Source: an uncultured virus (IMG/VR IMGVR_UViG_3300015050_001305) | Lineage: Duplodnaviria; Heunggongvirae; Uroviricota; Caudoviricetes | Virus record (IMG/VR): IMGVR_UViG_3300015050_001305 | DNA length: 64,000 nucleotides | Direction: 5' to 3' (one strand) | Shown: positions 9,440 through 19,487 of the stretch, in pieces | How positions within the stretch are numbered: position 1 is the stretch's first letter | Layout of the letters: the number at the start of each line of letters is the position of its first letter | Position numbers and translations under genes: made by a program | Notes under the pieces: model-generated | What the model was told of the DNA's origin: nothing | Database searches by the model: none | Seen by the model: only the letters and a program-made list of their open reading frames with translations

Positions 9440-9846
9440 CTTCGGCTCATCTCACCCTGGGCAGCATTGAGCAACTCCGCCAATTCCAGTTCTTCAATTA
9501 TAGAAGGGCAGAAGGCGCGGTCAATCAAGATGGTCGATACAACCTTCTCCAGGATGGTCACATCATTTACCTGCAATCGATACAACTTGTCCGCTGGCGC
9601 TACGTCGGCGGGATCTTGCAAACTACCCGTGAGCCAGCTATCAATCACAAATCGGTAGGTGGCGCAAACACCCAGCCTCGCGTCATAGGGAACCGAACCG
9701 CTGTAATAGGTCAACCCATCAGGCGTAGCCCAGTGCAGATGCTTCACGGTTGGCCTTGCTTGACGGAATCGAGCCAAGGCGGCGTCGAAAGTTGACGCCG
9801 CGATAGGCAGCTGTCGATCACGTTTTAACGTTATATTCGTATCCAT
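9436..9846 (-). CDS. Hypothetical protein
   Basis: ORF track; first gene of the minus-strand operon. Confidence 0.65.
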   Translation of the reverse strand: MDTNITLKRDRQLPIAASTFDAALARFRQARPTVKHLHWATPDGLTYYSGSVPYDARLGVCATYRFVIDSWLTGSLQDPADVAPADKLYRLQVNDVTILEKVVSTILIDRAFCPSIIEELELAELLNAAQGEMSRR

Positions 9847-10280
9847 TTGTACGTCCTATTTTCCATGCAACTACAACATTGTCAATTGACACATATGCTA
9901 TATTTGCCACTGTCAATAATCGTGACAATTCAAACCTGCTTCGTACGTTCGCAAATATTTTCGTGAATACACTTCACTGAACCACATTTATTTCACTTTT
10001 AGATAGTATTCCCATATAGTTATGTGGTAAGTTACACGTCTAACGGATCACCTCCAACCTGATCAAGCTCAACATATTGACAGCTTCAGTCACCTAATCA
10101 TCCTGTGGATTCGCGCAAGTATTTGCGCAGAGCAGATCTGCCTCAGTAGTCCCCGCAAGGAGCCATATTGACAGTCCAAGCCTTGACCTAGGGTATCTTC
10201 GGCGCACTCCCCGTAAGGGCGATAGCATGAAGCCAGATAGTGACTATTCAATGGGGATAGAATGGTGATACGTAAAAGAG

Positions 10281-10496
10281 ATGATGATTAAATCAGATGA
10301 GTGCCCAACTACCCTCAATCCTACACCTTGGTTTAAACCTGGCGCGGTTGTCTGCTTACGCTCCGGCGGCCCGCCCCTCACAATCTTAACCGTCTCAGAG
10401 AAGGTAGCCGAATGCCTATGGTTTAATCAGAAGACAGGAGGCTTCGAGAAACAGACCTTGCCACTGTTCGTCCTGATAATCAGAGAACCCTCGTAG
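10281..10496 (+). CDS. DUF2158 (YodC-like) small protein
   Basis: FKPGAVVCLRSGGPPLTI...CLWF signature. Confidence 0.8.
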   Translation: MMIKSDECPTTLNPTPWFKPGAVVCLRSGGPPLTILTVSEKVAECLWFNQKTGGFEKQTLPLFVLIIREPS

Positions 10497-10539
10497 AGAA
10501 CTCTCGTAGCGAAGGCTATGCAGGAGAGCTAAGCGTAGA

Positions 10540-10745
10540 GGAAAATATCAGGAGAACAAGAGGGCGTGATAGAGGGACAAGAGAGATGAATCAGCAGGGA
10601 ATCTAAGAAGTAGAGAAGAAGATAGGTTGGATGAGGGGAAGAGAAGAAGAAGAGAGGGTGAGTAGGTAATTTAAGAAGTAGAGAAGAAGAAGAGAGGGTG
10701 ATTCCGTACGCGCTCTCTCTCCCTGGAGGAAAACTCTCTCCATAA
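10540..10745. repeat. Purine-rich low-complexity tract with direct repeats
   Basis: TAAGAAGTAGAGAAGAAGA twice and GAGAAGAAGAAGAGAGGGTGA twice, followed by a CT-rich tract. Confidence 0.7.
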
Positions 10746-11146
10746 GATCACTATGCAAATCCCCCAACCCCCGGAAAACTCCTGAGTTTTCCCATTTTGC
10801 CCCAAACTAGCCACCTATCTGTCGATCACGCAAATTCCCTCCCCTCCACCCTGCTAGCCGTCAGCCGCCCCCCTTTGGAAAACTCCAGCTACGATTCCTG
10901 AGTTTTCCACCCATGATTAGCCGAAATCCCCGTGTTTCTATGTATACGACCTATCGAAACGCGCCCATTTCAGCTCATTAGCTACACAGCTAACTAGTTG
11001 GAATTAGGCAAACAGGGATTCTGCAAAAGACCGCCTTTGCAGCTGGTCTGATTTCGACTCTTAAAAAGGGAGTTTGCAAAAAAAATCCCGCGTATTTCGG
11101 CATTCTTTTGGATTATCTCACCTGTGGAGTCCTGAGATATGACTTG

Positions 11147-11674
11147 TTAGATCTGAACGCCCCTATTGTCGCATCTGCTGCATGCATCTGGCAGATCTAC
11201 TAATTCATTGATTCCTATGTTGATTTGGTCGCCGTACTGAGATTTGAAACAAAGGCGGCGCAGGCATCGGCCGTTGAGTATGAAATCGAACAGCCGATCT
11301 ACCTGTTTGATGTCGGGTAATGGACCATTTGCGATGCCGCCATCGGCTGAGGTTAGGACGAAGCGGTAGTTACCTAGTTCGGTGATGACGATATCTAGGT
11401 CCCAGCGCCGGGTTGACCATGAGAGCGCGAGCAGACCGTATTGTGCATAGGTAACGAAGTACGGCATGGAGTGGATTTTGATGGGCACCGCCAGTGCTAG
11501 TGTCACGGCGCTTTGCTTGGTGGCCTTGTCGACGGTGTTGAGTTCGGGATCTATAGACTTTAGATCTGCTTCGAAGGCGCATTCCAGCGTGAAGCCGTAC
11601 TTGTTTCTTTTATAGGCATCGGTATCGGTTATCGCTGGATTGTCATTCGGCCAGGCATGTTCTACTACCTTCAT
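11147..11674 (-). CDS. Hypothetical protein
   Basis: ORF track. Confidence 0.65.
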   Translation of the reverse strand: MKVVEHAWPNDNPAITDTDAYKRNKYGFTLECAFEADLKSIDPELNTVDKATKQSAVTLALAVPIKIHSMPYFVTYAQYGLLALSWSTRRWDLDIVITELGNYRFVLTSADGGIANGPLPDIKQVDRLFDFILNGRCLRRLCFKSQYGDQINIGINELVDLPDACSRCDNRGVQI

Positions 11675-11675
11675 C

Positions 11676-11945
11676 CTAGTCAGTCCTCTTGTGGGCCATG
11701 GCGATAATTGTCAGGATGATATTATTGGCGGCGCACCTAACGTCATCCGCCCATTTCACGGCATCTTCGTTATCCTCGACGACTGCAGCGCCAAGCAAGG
11801 TGATCATCTCGGCGAGATGGACGATGGTGGTAGGTACACCTTCTTCGATAGCCACGTCGATGTGATTATCTTCGACGCTAAGCGCCATGGTGGCGATAAC
11901 TTGGTTGACGGCGAGGAGGTCGTTGATTGCGCTTTGTTTGCTCAT
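11676..11945 (-). CDS. Hypothetical protein
   Basis: ORF track; AAGGA Shine-Dalgarno upstream. Confidence 0.7.
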   Translation of the reverse strand: MSKQSAINDLLAVNQVIATMALSVEDNHIDVAIEEGVPTTIVHLAEMITLLGAAVVEDNEDAVKWADDVRCAANNIILTIIAMAHKRTD

Positions 11946-11955
11946 TTGATTTCCT

Positions 11956-12216
11956 TTAGTGACCGATGAAGTGATCCCAGTAGCAGCCTGAACCCATGCA
12001 GAAGCTGAGGTGGTTACTGTTCGTGCAGGTAGCGCAGGCGGTTGTGCCGTCTCTTAGGATGGCCGGAGGTTCGTACATTCTTGGTTTGAAGTGCGGGCGG
12101 GTTTGCATAATCTCCGCCCATTCATTGCCGGAGTACCCGCCGGACTGCCTGGCATATTCTTGAACGGCAAAGCCGATGTAGCCTAGGATGCTGAAGGCGC
12201 GCTGAATGTCATTCAT
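11956..12216 (-). CDS. Hypothetical Cys-containing protein
   Basis: ORF track; GGAGG Shine-Dalgarno upstream. Confidence 0.65.
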   Translation of the reverse strand: MNDIQRAFSILGYIGFAVQEYARQSGGYSGNEWAEIMQTRPHFKPRMYEPPAILRDGTTACATCTNSNHLSFCMGSGCYWDHFIGH

Positions 12217-12225
12217 AGTGTCCTC

Positions 12226-13071
12226 CTAGAGCAGCTTGATTAGCTGTGCGTAGCGCTGCGGAGTAATTGTCAATCGTTGCATCCAGAGATTGAAGTAATT
12301 CGTTAGGGCAGCGCTACGTTCATGGGTGCCTTCGTGGTGGCGCTGGAAGTCGCGCCGATTTTGCACCTTGTCGGCGATGAGCATCTCGTTCACATCAGAG
12401 ATGTCGGATAGTTCGATCTGGGCCACTGACGTTAGATTTCTGGTGGACAGGGCAGCGTTGGCGACGCGGCAGTATTCGATGGCCAGGTCAAAGGCTTGTG
12501 GATCTGCACCGGCTTTGACGGTGGCATAATAGTCGGCGCGTTCTGCTGCGCCCTGGAGGAGGGGATGGAGACAGAAAGCGCGCTGGGCAATCGTGCTGAC
12601 GTGACGGGAACGCATAATCTTAATACCTTGGTCGATATGGTCCATGAGTCGGACCTGGGACCGCGCCGCTGTTCGAAGTTGATAGTGGTCTAAGATTGCC
12701 CCGTACTCCCAGGTCTTGCAGATACAGGTTGGGATGAAGTTCAATAGATGAGCACCGTCGGCCGTGGCCTCGGCCATAACATCATCGATTTCAAACCTCA
12801 CGCGACTGCAGCAATGTTGATTCATACAGGTTAGCTCTACTTCGTCAAGGAAGCTGCGGTTGATGATTTGAGTCGTATAGCCGCATATGGTCGCATACTT
12901 TTCGAGCAGGATGAGCGCATGCACTTCACCTGTAGCTGAACTGGTCGACGCAAGTGCTTGCGCGGACTTGGCGTATTCGATGTTCAGCGTAGGCTTGATG
13001 AGTCGATGCTTTACCCGTGCCAGCCAGGACCGGCCATCCAACAGCTGCGCCATAGGTAACCAGGGTTTCAT
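12226..13071 (-). CDS. Phage protein with possible HD-like C-terminal domain
   Basis: MDHIDQG, FCLHPLLQ, LIADKVQN. Confidence 0.6.
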   Translation of the reverse strand: MKPWLPMAQLLDGRSWLARVKHRLIKPTLNIEYAKSAQALASTSSATGEVHALILLEKYATICGYTTQIINRSFLDEVELTCMNQHCCSRVRFEIDDVMAEATADGAHLLNFIPTCICKTWEYGAILDHYQLRTAARSQVRLMDHIDQGIKIMRSRHVSTIAQRAFCLHPLLQGAAERADYYATVKAGADPQAFDLAIEYCRVANAALSTRNLTSVAQIELSDISDVNEMLIADKVQNRRDFQRHHEGTHERSAALTNYFNLWMQRLTITPQRYAQLIKLL

Positions 13072-13577
13072 GGTTGGACAACGATATGACTACCCAGCGG
13101 ATCCATCGCGCAATTCCATTGGTCCAGCGCTTCCCGAGCTGTCTTGAACTTGTCCGTATACGAGAGATGCTGGCAGATTTCGCTTGGGCACACCAGGCGC
13201 ACCAGGCTTTGGTCGTCAACTTCGAAGTCGACATCATCGAGCTTGCAAATCTTACAGGTTTCGATGTGCAACACCATAGTGGCTGCTTCGAAGCTGAGGC
13301 AGTAGCCCATGTAGGCCAGCCTAATGAAGCAATCAAAGCGGCTGTTGTCTAGATTAGGCGTAGAGATGTGCCGCCATCGACTAGCCGACCAGGCGTTGCC
13401 GCCCTGGGAATGGGTTGCCATCTTCCAGATTTGCTGCTGGGCGAGTGCTTTCTGGGCGTTAACCTCCACCAGCGCTTCGCTGTAGTGCTTGATGTTATCC
13501 TGTAGCTGGTTAGCCTTAGCGACCAGGTCGGCGTAAGCTGTTTCAATCATTGACTTAGATTCCCTTGACGGCAACAA
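13068..13577 (-). CDS. Coiled coil plus Lar-like Zn finger
   Basis: CKIC...VCPSEIC...TAREALDQWN. Confidence 0.6.
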   Translation of the reverse strand: MLPSRESKSMIETAYADLVAKANQLQDNIKHYSEALVEVNAQKALAQQQIWKMATHSQGGNAWSASRWRHISTPNLDNSRFDCFIRLAYMGYCLSFEAATMVLHIETCKICKLDDVDFEVDDQSLVRLVCPSEICQHLSYTDKFKTAREALDQWNCAMDPLGSHIVVQP

Positions 13578-14079
13578 TCGTGTTGACGTCGTTGATGATA
13601 GAGGCCAGATTGACCATCTTCTGGTTCCAGCTCTCCATGACTTCCTTGATGGTTTCTAGCTTGGGTGTGCAGATCGTCATCCCATTAGCATGATGTGGAC
13701 AAGCCATCCAGACCATGCCGCCATCGTCAACTTCGAAGGTTGACTCATCCCGACCGCAAATCGCGCAGGTTTCAATCAATAACGCCATGCGTGCCAGCTC
13801 AAGCGTGGCACAGTTAGCTACCTTGAGTTTATTGACGTAGCAGTCGTAGGTTCTCGTATAGAAGCCAACGCCACAAATCTTCCGCTGCCGACTACCACGC
13901 CACTCATACTCGCCAGTCTTCGATTTGCAACGCTGCCAGATCGAATCCCCCATCAGATGCTTCTCGACGTCAAGCTTCAGCAGTTGCTGGAACAGCTCGT
14001 CGTGCCGCGCTTTAAGCTCAATGAACTCGCGCACTGTATCGGCATAGGTTGTTTCAGTCATCATTAGGGATTTGGGCAT
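13555..14079 (-). CDS. Coiled coil plus Lar-like Zn finger, paralogue of 13068-13577
   Basis: IETCAICG...FEVDD...EVMESWN. Confidence 0.6.
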   Translation of the reverse strand: MPKSLMMTETTYADTVREFIELKARHDELFQQLLKLDVEKHLMGDSIWQRCKSKTGEYEWRGSRQRKICGVGFYTRTYDCYVNKLKVANCATLELARMALLIETCAICGRDESTFEVDDGGMVWMACPHHANGMTICTPKLETIKEVMESWNQKMVNLASIINDVNTIVAVKGI

Positions 14080-14330
14080 TCTGCCGGTTTGGGCGGTTCA
14101 AAGAAGCTACTAGGGACAGGATCATTAGCATCTACATAGGCGTAGGCCGCTACCGCAGTCACGAAGCTGGTGATAGATAAGACGAAGCCGACAACGGCTA
14201 GCCATCTAATCTTGGGCAGATTGTTTTCGAAGCTTATGCCAAGTACGACAACGCTGGCGAAGGCAAATACGACGCCTAAGCCAACCAGGAGGCCGCGCGC
14301 ATTGTTCGCAAAGTGATACCAGAAATTCAT
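14064..14330 (-). CDS. Small two-TM membrane protein
   Basis: Two hydrophobic segments. Confidence 0.7.
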   Translation of the reverse strand: MNFWYHFANNARGLLVGLGVVFAFASVVVLGISFENNLPKIRWLAVVGFVLSITSFVTAVAAYAYVDANDPVPSSFFEPPKPAECPNP

Positions 14331-14505
14331 TTCATTACTCCAAGCAGAAAAGCGTCAACGCTACGGTGTTTCATGGACTACAAAATACAGAAGTCTGTTA
14401 CAGCCTCTCGCTGTACACCATGCCGTAGCGTCAACAAAATCATAGAGGGACATTGGATGCCCTCGTATCGTTGGTAGTCAATTAGGTAAGCATTGTCAAT
14501 GTTGA

Positions 14506-14763
14506 TTAGGCGTCCATCCATTCCCATTCGTTTTCACAGAGTTCGCTCAACCGGCTGAGCTGCAGCAGTGTGGCTGTGCGCAGCTTGCTGTGGTTCGCGA
14601 TCATCTTGTTGACGGTGGTCCGCTGATTTGGGATTTTCGTTAACAAGACGAAGTGGGCTTGCGTCCTAGCTTCTAGGGTCTTGCGCAATTTCTTGACAAT
14701 GGCTTCAAGTGCTGCCAACTGGTTGATAGTGCTTTTGTCCATTTGGTGTTTTTGGGTACGCAT
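14506..14763 (-). CDS. Hypothetical coiled-coil protein
   Basis: GCAAG-N16-TGTA-N9-ATG motif upstream. Confidence 0.7.
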   Translation of the reverse strand: MRTQKHQMDKSTINQLAALEAIVKKLRKTLEARTQAHFVLLTKIPNQRTTVNKMIANHSKLRTATLLQLSRLSELCENEWEWMDA

Positions 14764-14793
14764 ATTTGAATCTACAATCCAGGTGGTCTATTC

Positions 14794-14994
14794 TTGCAAG
14801 GTATTATGAAAAAAGATGATCAGTCGGTGCAGCTTTACAATTGCAAGCTGTGCAACAAGGGTCCGACGCCTTATAGATTCCCCTCTGGGTATCGTCAGAT
14901 AGTCTGTTTTGGATGCGAGGTGTATGTGGGTGGCAAGAATGAGCAGGATGTCATCAAGCAATGGCAGCAGTTGAATAAGGCAGTGAAGTCTTGA
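14794..14994 (+). CDS. Lar-like (restriction alleviation) Zn-finger protein
   Basis: CKLC...IVCFGC...EQDVIKQWQ; start probably 14806. Confidence 0.6.
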   Translation: MQGIMKKDDQSVQLYNCKLCNKGPTPYRFPSGYRQIVCFGCEVYVGGKNEQDVIKQWQQLNKAVKS

Positions 14995-15182
14995 ACCAGC
15001 ATCTAGGTGAGCTGCTGGCTTGCAAGAAGTGCCAGCGCTCGCCGGTCATTAGGGAATGGGACGACAAGGGGTACTGGCGCACGGCGCGCTGGTACGAGAT
15101 CGAATGCGCCACCTGCAGCAAGTATGCTGGTGGTGAGACAGCCTCACTGGCCGTCGCAGGTTGGCAGGAGATTAACGCATGA
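14991..15182 (+). CDS. Lar-like Zn-finger protein
   Basis: CKKC...IECATC...AVAGWQ. Confidence 0.6.
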   Translation: MNQHLGELLACKKCQRSPVIREWDDKGYWRTARWYEIECATCSKYAGGETASLAVAGWQEINA

Positions 15183-15595
15183 ACTGGGCCATCAAATATC
15201 CTATAGCCGCAAGCGCGTGTGCCACGCTCGATAAGCTCAACGATACCAATACCGACCAAGCCATGACGAAGAGCTTTGTCATAATCCGCACCTTCGTTAC
15301 TATCGAGATGCTCTCCAATTGGTCATCCTCCATGCATCTCCAGCAGGCCACGACACTCTTGGCCGGCTCAGTTCAGGCGGCCTTGATGACTGAATGCTAC
15401 GACTCCATTGATGAGCTGTTCAAAGAACTCGCCCCGCTGCAATTACCTGTCTCGGTCATTGCGCCACTGCTCTTAAAAACCAAAGACGTGCGCCATCTGC
15501 TCAAAGAGCGCAGCGACTTCCTGGAACTGGTCAGGCGACAGCTGACCGATGCGCAGGATCCGGAACTGGCAGTCATCATGTCTCATCTTGAATAG
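15179..15595 (+). CDS. Hypothetical protein, paralogue of 1018-1344
   Basis: Similarity by eye. Confidence 0.65.
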   Translation: MNWAIKYPIAASACATLDKLNDTNTDQAMTKSFVIIRTFVTIEMLSNWSSSMHLQQATTLLAGSVQAALMTECYDSIDELFKELAPLQLPVSVIAPLLLKTKDVRHLLKERSDFLELVRRQLTDAQDPELAVIMSHLE

Positions 15596-15620
15596 ACAGG
15601 TCTATTGGTAGGGTAAACGA

Positions 15621-15642
15621 CTGTCTACTTGTCAGTAGACAG
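15621..15642. terminator. Hairpin between convergent genes
   Basis: CTGTCTAC-ttgtca-GTAGACAG. Confidence 0.45.
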
Positions 15643-15649
15643 GTAGCCG

Positions 15650-15991
15650 CTACTTATCTCTGCGGTATCTGAACTTGCTCAGTTCCGCTTTCTTATTAGT
15701 AGTCACTCCAATTGCATCCATATGGTCCTTGATGTAGTCATCGTGGATTCCTACTTTCGCATAGGAGCGATCATCGTGGGTGTTTCTTTTCCAATTTGTC
15801 ACATGCGCTTCACGCGCCTGTCTATGCAATTTATAGGCAGCCCGATGACTACCTGTCGTATGGAGTTTCTTGGCTGCTTCCGTCGCAGCATGGGCACGTG
15901 CAGAAAGAACATCGGCCGGGTTCTCCGGCGACGCTTCGTCATTAGCTTCAAGTAAGGCGCGTATATCATTTGATAGTTGTGCTAAAATCAT
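15650..15991 (-). CDS. Hypothetical His/Ala-rich protein
   Basis: ORF track; AHAAT...HRAAYKLHRQAREAH. Confidence 0.65.
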   Translation of the reverse strand: MILAQLSNDIRALLEANDEASPENPADVLSARAHAATEAAKKLHTTGSHRAAYKLHRQAREAHVTNWKRNTHDDRSYAKVGIHDDYIKDHMDAIGVTTNKKAELSKFRYRRDK

Positions 15992-16417
15992 AACGCCATA
16001 CTAGGTCATACCAAAACATCCCGCAACCTACGCCCTTGGGCCAAAAAAGAAAACTCGCGAGTTTTCCATTTCCCTGACCCGGCCACCCACCGCCAGGTTT
16101 AATAGGTCTTCATCGGCGCTGACCTCAGCCGCCACGCTGCCACTCATTCAATAACATGAATAGTATTCACTGAACGTTATTCAGTATGGAAAACTCGCGA
16201 GTTTTCCGTTTGCCATGGAGGGGTTGAGGGGGGTTGGAGTGATGATTATGTTTGCGGTGAATTAAATTCAGGATGACGCCAGACTGGTAGTGGTATGGGG
16301 CGTCCGGCTACACTACGGCTAGCGTGGCGGTAGTAGGGGTCAGAGTTTTCCTCGTGGGTGGCGCTGAGGCTGACACTTTTGCTGCAAGTAATGCCCGCGC
16401 TGGTTGTAGATAGTAAT

Positions 16418-16873
16418 ATGAGCATGAATAGAAGAAGGAGTTGGTATGAAAGACCTGGCGACGCCATCGAAGATATGATGGCCAGGCGATCTTTGACGGA
16501 AACTGAATTGGCAAGCCGCCTGGATATTTCCAGGGAGAAGCTAGTTGCGCTGATTAAGGGGGAAGCGAAGATAGATTTAACCCTGGCGACGATCTTGGCC
16601 GTAGTGCTAGATGGCCCGCCTAGGTTCTGGTTGCAGTGTCAATTTAGCGCTGACCAGGCATCTAATAATTATCGTACGCTGCCAGAGCTTAGGTTTACGC
16701 AGAAGGTAGTCAAGAAAGCGTCGAGGACTGGCCCCATAAGGTATACGGGTACGCTGTATCTTAACGATAAGCGGATACATACGACGATCCCTTGCTTCAC
16801 AGAAGAAGAAGCCGCGCGGATGATCGGCCTATACCTTTGCGGACTAGGTGAGGCTGTCGAGCTTGCGCTGTAA
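16418..16873 (+). CDS. HigA/VapI-like HTH antitoxin-family protein with C-terminal extension
   Basis: PGDAIEDMM...ELASRLDIS...LIKGEAKI...PPRFWLQCQ; start set by the promoter motif. Confidence 0.75.
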   Translation: MSMNRRRSWYERPGDAIEDMMARRSLTETELASRLDISREKLVALIKGEAKIDLTLATILAVVLDGPPRFWLQCQFSADQASNNYRTLPELRFTQKVVKKASRTGPIRYTGTLYLNDKRIHTTIPCFTEEEAARMIGLYLCGLGEAVELAL

Positions 16874-16912
16874 TTTGTTGCAAGGAAGGCCCGCGCTGGT
16901 TGTACTAGGGAC

Positions 16913-17176
16913 ATGATGAAAAACAAAAAAGCAGCAATCAAACCGCGCCAGGCTAACCTTGAAACCCTACATGCCGCTGGCACCTATGCCACCACCGAGG
17001 ATTCCTGCGCGCGTCGCTTGGCGCGAGCCATTCACGCTACGGAGTCTACCGATTGCTGTACGTCATGGTCTGCGCAAGAGCGTGCGCAAGCGTATTTCAA
17101 TCAACACGGCCTAGCGCGTGCGCTTGATGAGTGCGCTCGGCTTGAAGCGCTCCGGTTGATTGATGCTGATAACTGA
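16913..17176 (+). CDS. Hypothetical protein
   Basis: Promoter motif upstream. Confidence 0.7.
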   Translation: MMKNKKAAIKPRQANLETLHAAGTYATTEDSCARRLARAIHATESTDCCTSWSAQERAQAYFNQHGLARALDECARLEALRLIDADN

Positions 17177-17207
17177 AAGATTCTAACCCTTCGCTTGTAG
17201 GTATTAT

Positions 17208-18473
17208 ATGAAGCTGCCTTTAACAATCGGCACGGCTCCAGATGGCTCATTGGTCCGGTTGCCGCTTGATGCGCTGCGGCGACATATGTTGGCGCTCGGC
17301 GCTTCGGGTAGTGGTAAAACGGTCCTTTGCAAGGTTATCGTCGAGGAGTGTATTCGGCAACGCTTGCCCGTGATTGCCATTGACCCGCAAGGTGATTTGG
17401 CATCGCTGGCACTGGAAGAAGATCCGGCCAAGCTAGTAGCGTTGGGCGTTGATGCTACGGTGGCCCGCGAATTTCGCCAGCGTGTTGACGTTAAGATTTG
17501 GACGCCAGGCTCCACGATGGGCATTCCCTTATCGTTTGCGCCTGCGGTGGCAATCCCTGCGGGCCTTTCGCGCGAGAATCGGATTCGGGCCTTTGGCTCG
17601 GCTGGTAGCGCGCTAGCCAGCGTCAACGGTAGCACCGATGAGGCCACGCAAGTAGCCTTTGCGATGGTGTTAGAATATGCCGACACGCATAACATTGCGT
17701 GCGACCGGCTCGATGATTTTATTCAATTGCTCGCAGACCCGCCGATGCTTTTGGCGCGTCAACTAGAGCCTGTTTTTGATGCACGTTTGCGCGCCAAGGC
17801 ACACAAGGCGTTAGTGCTGAAAACCCTTGGCCCTAATCGTTTGCTGTTTGATTTGGGGCTGCCGATCGACATCGGCGAGCTGTTTGGTTTGTATGACGCG
17901 CCAAGCAACCGGACCCGCCTATCCGTTATTTACCTGAATACGCTAGCATCGCAGGATGAGAAGGACACGTTTATGGCCCTGCTTTGCGCGGCTATGTATC
18001 AATGGATACTCGGCCTAGATGGCTCCAAGCTATGGGGCTTGCTGTACGTCGATGAGGTGGCCGCCTACCTGCCGCCCGTTAAGACTACGGCAAGTAAACA
18101 GGGCTTGATGCTACTGCTACGCCAAGCCCGCAAGTATGGCCTTTGCTGCTTGCTGGCGACGCAATCACCCGGCGACATTGACTACAAGGCGTTAGGTCAG
18201 GTAGGCACGATTGCGCTAGGTCGAATCTTTGGCGAGCGAGCTTTGAGCAAGGTGGAACCGCTCATCCGCGCGCTACCTGGTACCGACAGTGAGGGGATTA
18301 TGCGGACATTGCCGAGCATGGCCAAGGGGCATTTTGCGCTCATCAATCCCGATGAATTTGCCCATGGTCCCGCCGAAGTGAAGGTGCGCTGGTTGGCGTC
18401 GCAGCATCGCACGATGGCTGCGGATGAGGTGGCTGCGTTAGTTTCTGACACGGACCGTGCAAGATTTGGCTAG
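17208..18473 (+). CDS. HerA/FtsK-like (DUF87) P-loop ATPase, copy 1
   Basis: GASGSGKT, IDPQGD, LLYVDE, RQARKYG, ATQSPGD. Confidence 0.9.
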   Translation: MKLPLTIGTAPDGSLVRLPLDALRRHMLALGASGSGKTVLCKVIVEECIRQRLPVIAIDPQGDLASLALEEDPAKLVALGVDATVAREFRQRVDVKIWTPGSTMGIPLSFAPAVAIPAGLSRENRIRAFGSAGSALASVNGSTDEATQVAFAMVLEYADTHNIACDRLDDFIQLLADPPMLLARQLEPVFDARLRAKAHKALVLKTLGPNRLLFDLGLPIDIGELFGLYDAPSNRTRLSVIYLNTLASQDEKDTFMALLCAAMYQWILGLDGSKLWGLLYVDEVAAYLPPVKTTASKQGLMLLLRQARKYGLCCLLATQSPGDIDYKALGQVGTIALGRIFGERALSKVEPLIRALPGTDSEGIMRTLPSMAKGHFALINPDEFAHGPAEVKVRWLASQHRTMAADEVAALVSDTDRARFG

Positions 18474-18491
18474 GTCGGTTGTAGTAAGAGC

Positions 18492-18713
18492 ATGGAAGCC
18501 AAACAAGCCAAGCGAGAAGCTCTATTACTTCAGCGACAACAGGAAGCCAAGGAGACAGCAGATTTCAAGCTGAAGCTGGAAAAAAAATATGGGACAAGTG
18601 ATAATCCTAAGCGATTCATACTCTGGGACAAGGCCTGGGACCATGGTCATTCTAGTGGGTTAGGCGAGGTCGAATTGTACTACTCCGACTTTCTGGAATT
18701 GGTAATGGATTAA
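18492..18713 (+). CDS. Hypothetical phage protein
   Basis: Promoter motif; AWDHGHSSG. Confidence 0.75.
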   Translation: MEAKQAKREALLLQRQQEAKETADFKLKLEKKYGTSDNPKRFILWDKAWDHGHSSGLGEVELYYSDFLELVMD

Positions 18714-18717
18714 CCAT

Positions 18718-18978
18718 ATGCAAAAAAACAAAGATGAATTCTGGGCCAGAACGGTTGATGGTTCGCTCGTGAAGTTACGCAGCGATACGCTTCGCAGTGC
18801 AAAATGCGAAGCCTGGAAGGGTGAATCGGTTTGGGTTGTCAGTTACGACGAAGCTAAGGTAGCTTATGTGGTAGCGTATCGGCTCATTGGCGCTAAGGGT
18901 AAAGCCGGCAAATGGTTCGTATCTGTGCCATTCAAATTGATGCCTGGTCATTTTCAGCAATTCGCGGCGGGGGTGTAG
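18718..18978 (+). CDS. Hypothetical protein
   Basis: ORF track. Confidence 0.6.
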   Translation: MQKNKDEFWARTVDGSLVKLRSDTLRSAKCEAWKGESVWVVSYDEAKVAYVVAYRLIGAKGKAGKWFVSVPFKLMPGHFQQFAAGV

Positions 18979-19058
18979 GGCTCCGGCCTGATGCTAGAGT
19001 TTTCCACGGTGGCTGCATTTAGCCTGCAAGTTAGGTGGGGCTGGGTTGTACTAGTGGC

Positions 19059-19169
19059 ATGAAGCAAATTGGTTACAACATTGTACGGGCTGGGTTCTTG
19101 GCGCTGGCGCTGTACTGCGGAGGTGCTGCATTGCTGCTGATCTGGCAGACCATCCGATTCTTTGCGTAG
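19059..19169 (+). CDS. 36-aa single-TM peptide
   Basis: Promoter motif, then MKQIGYNIVRAGFLALALYCGGAALLLIWQTIRFFA. Confidence 0.6.
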   Translation: MKQIGYNIVRAGFLALALYCGGAALLLIWQTIRFFA

Positions 19170-19251
19170 CCCGCGCGGCGGTGGCTGGGAGTTTTCCTGG
19201 GAGGCTGACACAATTGCTGCAAGTCTGAGCTGACTGAGTTGTATAAATACC

Positions 19252-19464
19252 ATGGACGAAATCAAGTATCAGCCAATTAAGAAGAGTGAATTACCAGGTG
19301 GGTTGCGATTCGATGTGCCTGGTCAGAACCAAGGCCAGCATATTGAGGTTGCCTATGCCGATTATCCAGCTTTCAAAGCTGAGGCGCGCAGGGGCTCGGC
19401 ATATATGCGCGTGCATGACTTGAGCGATCAAACGGTCGCCTACTTAAAATTACTGCAAGTCTGA
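19252..19464 (+). CDS. Hypothetical protein
   Basis: Promoter motif upstream. Confidence 0.7.
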   Translation: MDEIKYQPIKKSELPGGLRFDVPGQNQGQHIEVAYADYPAFKAEARRGSAYMRVHDLSDQTVAYLKLLQV

Positions 19465-19487
19465 GCTGACTGAGTTGTAGCAGTCAC

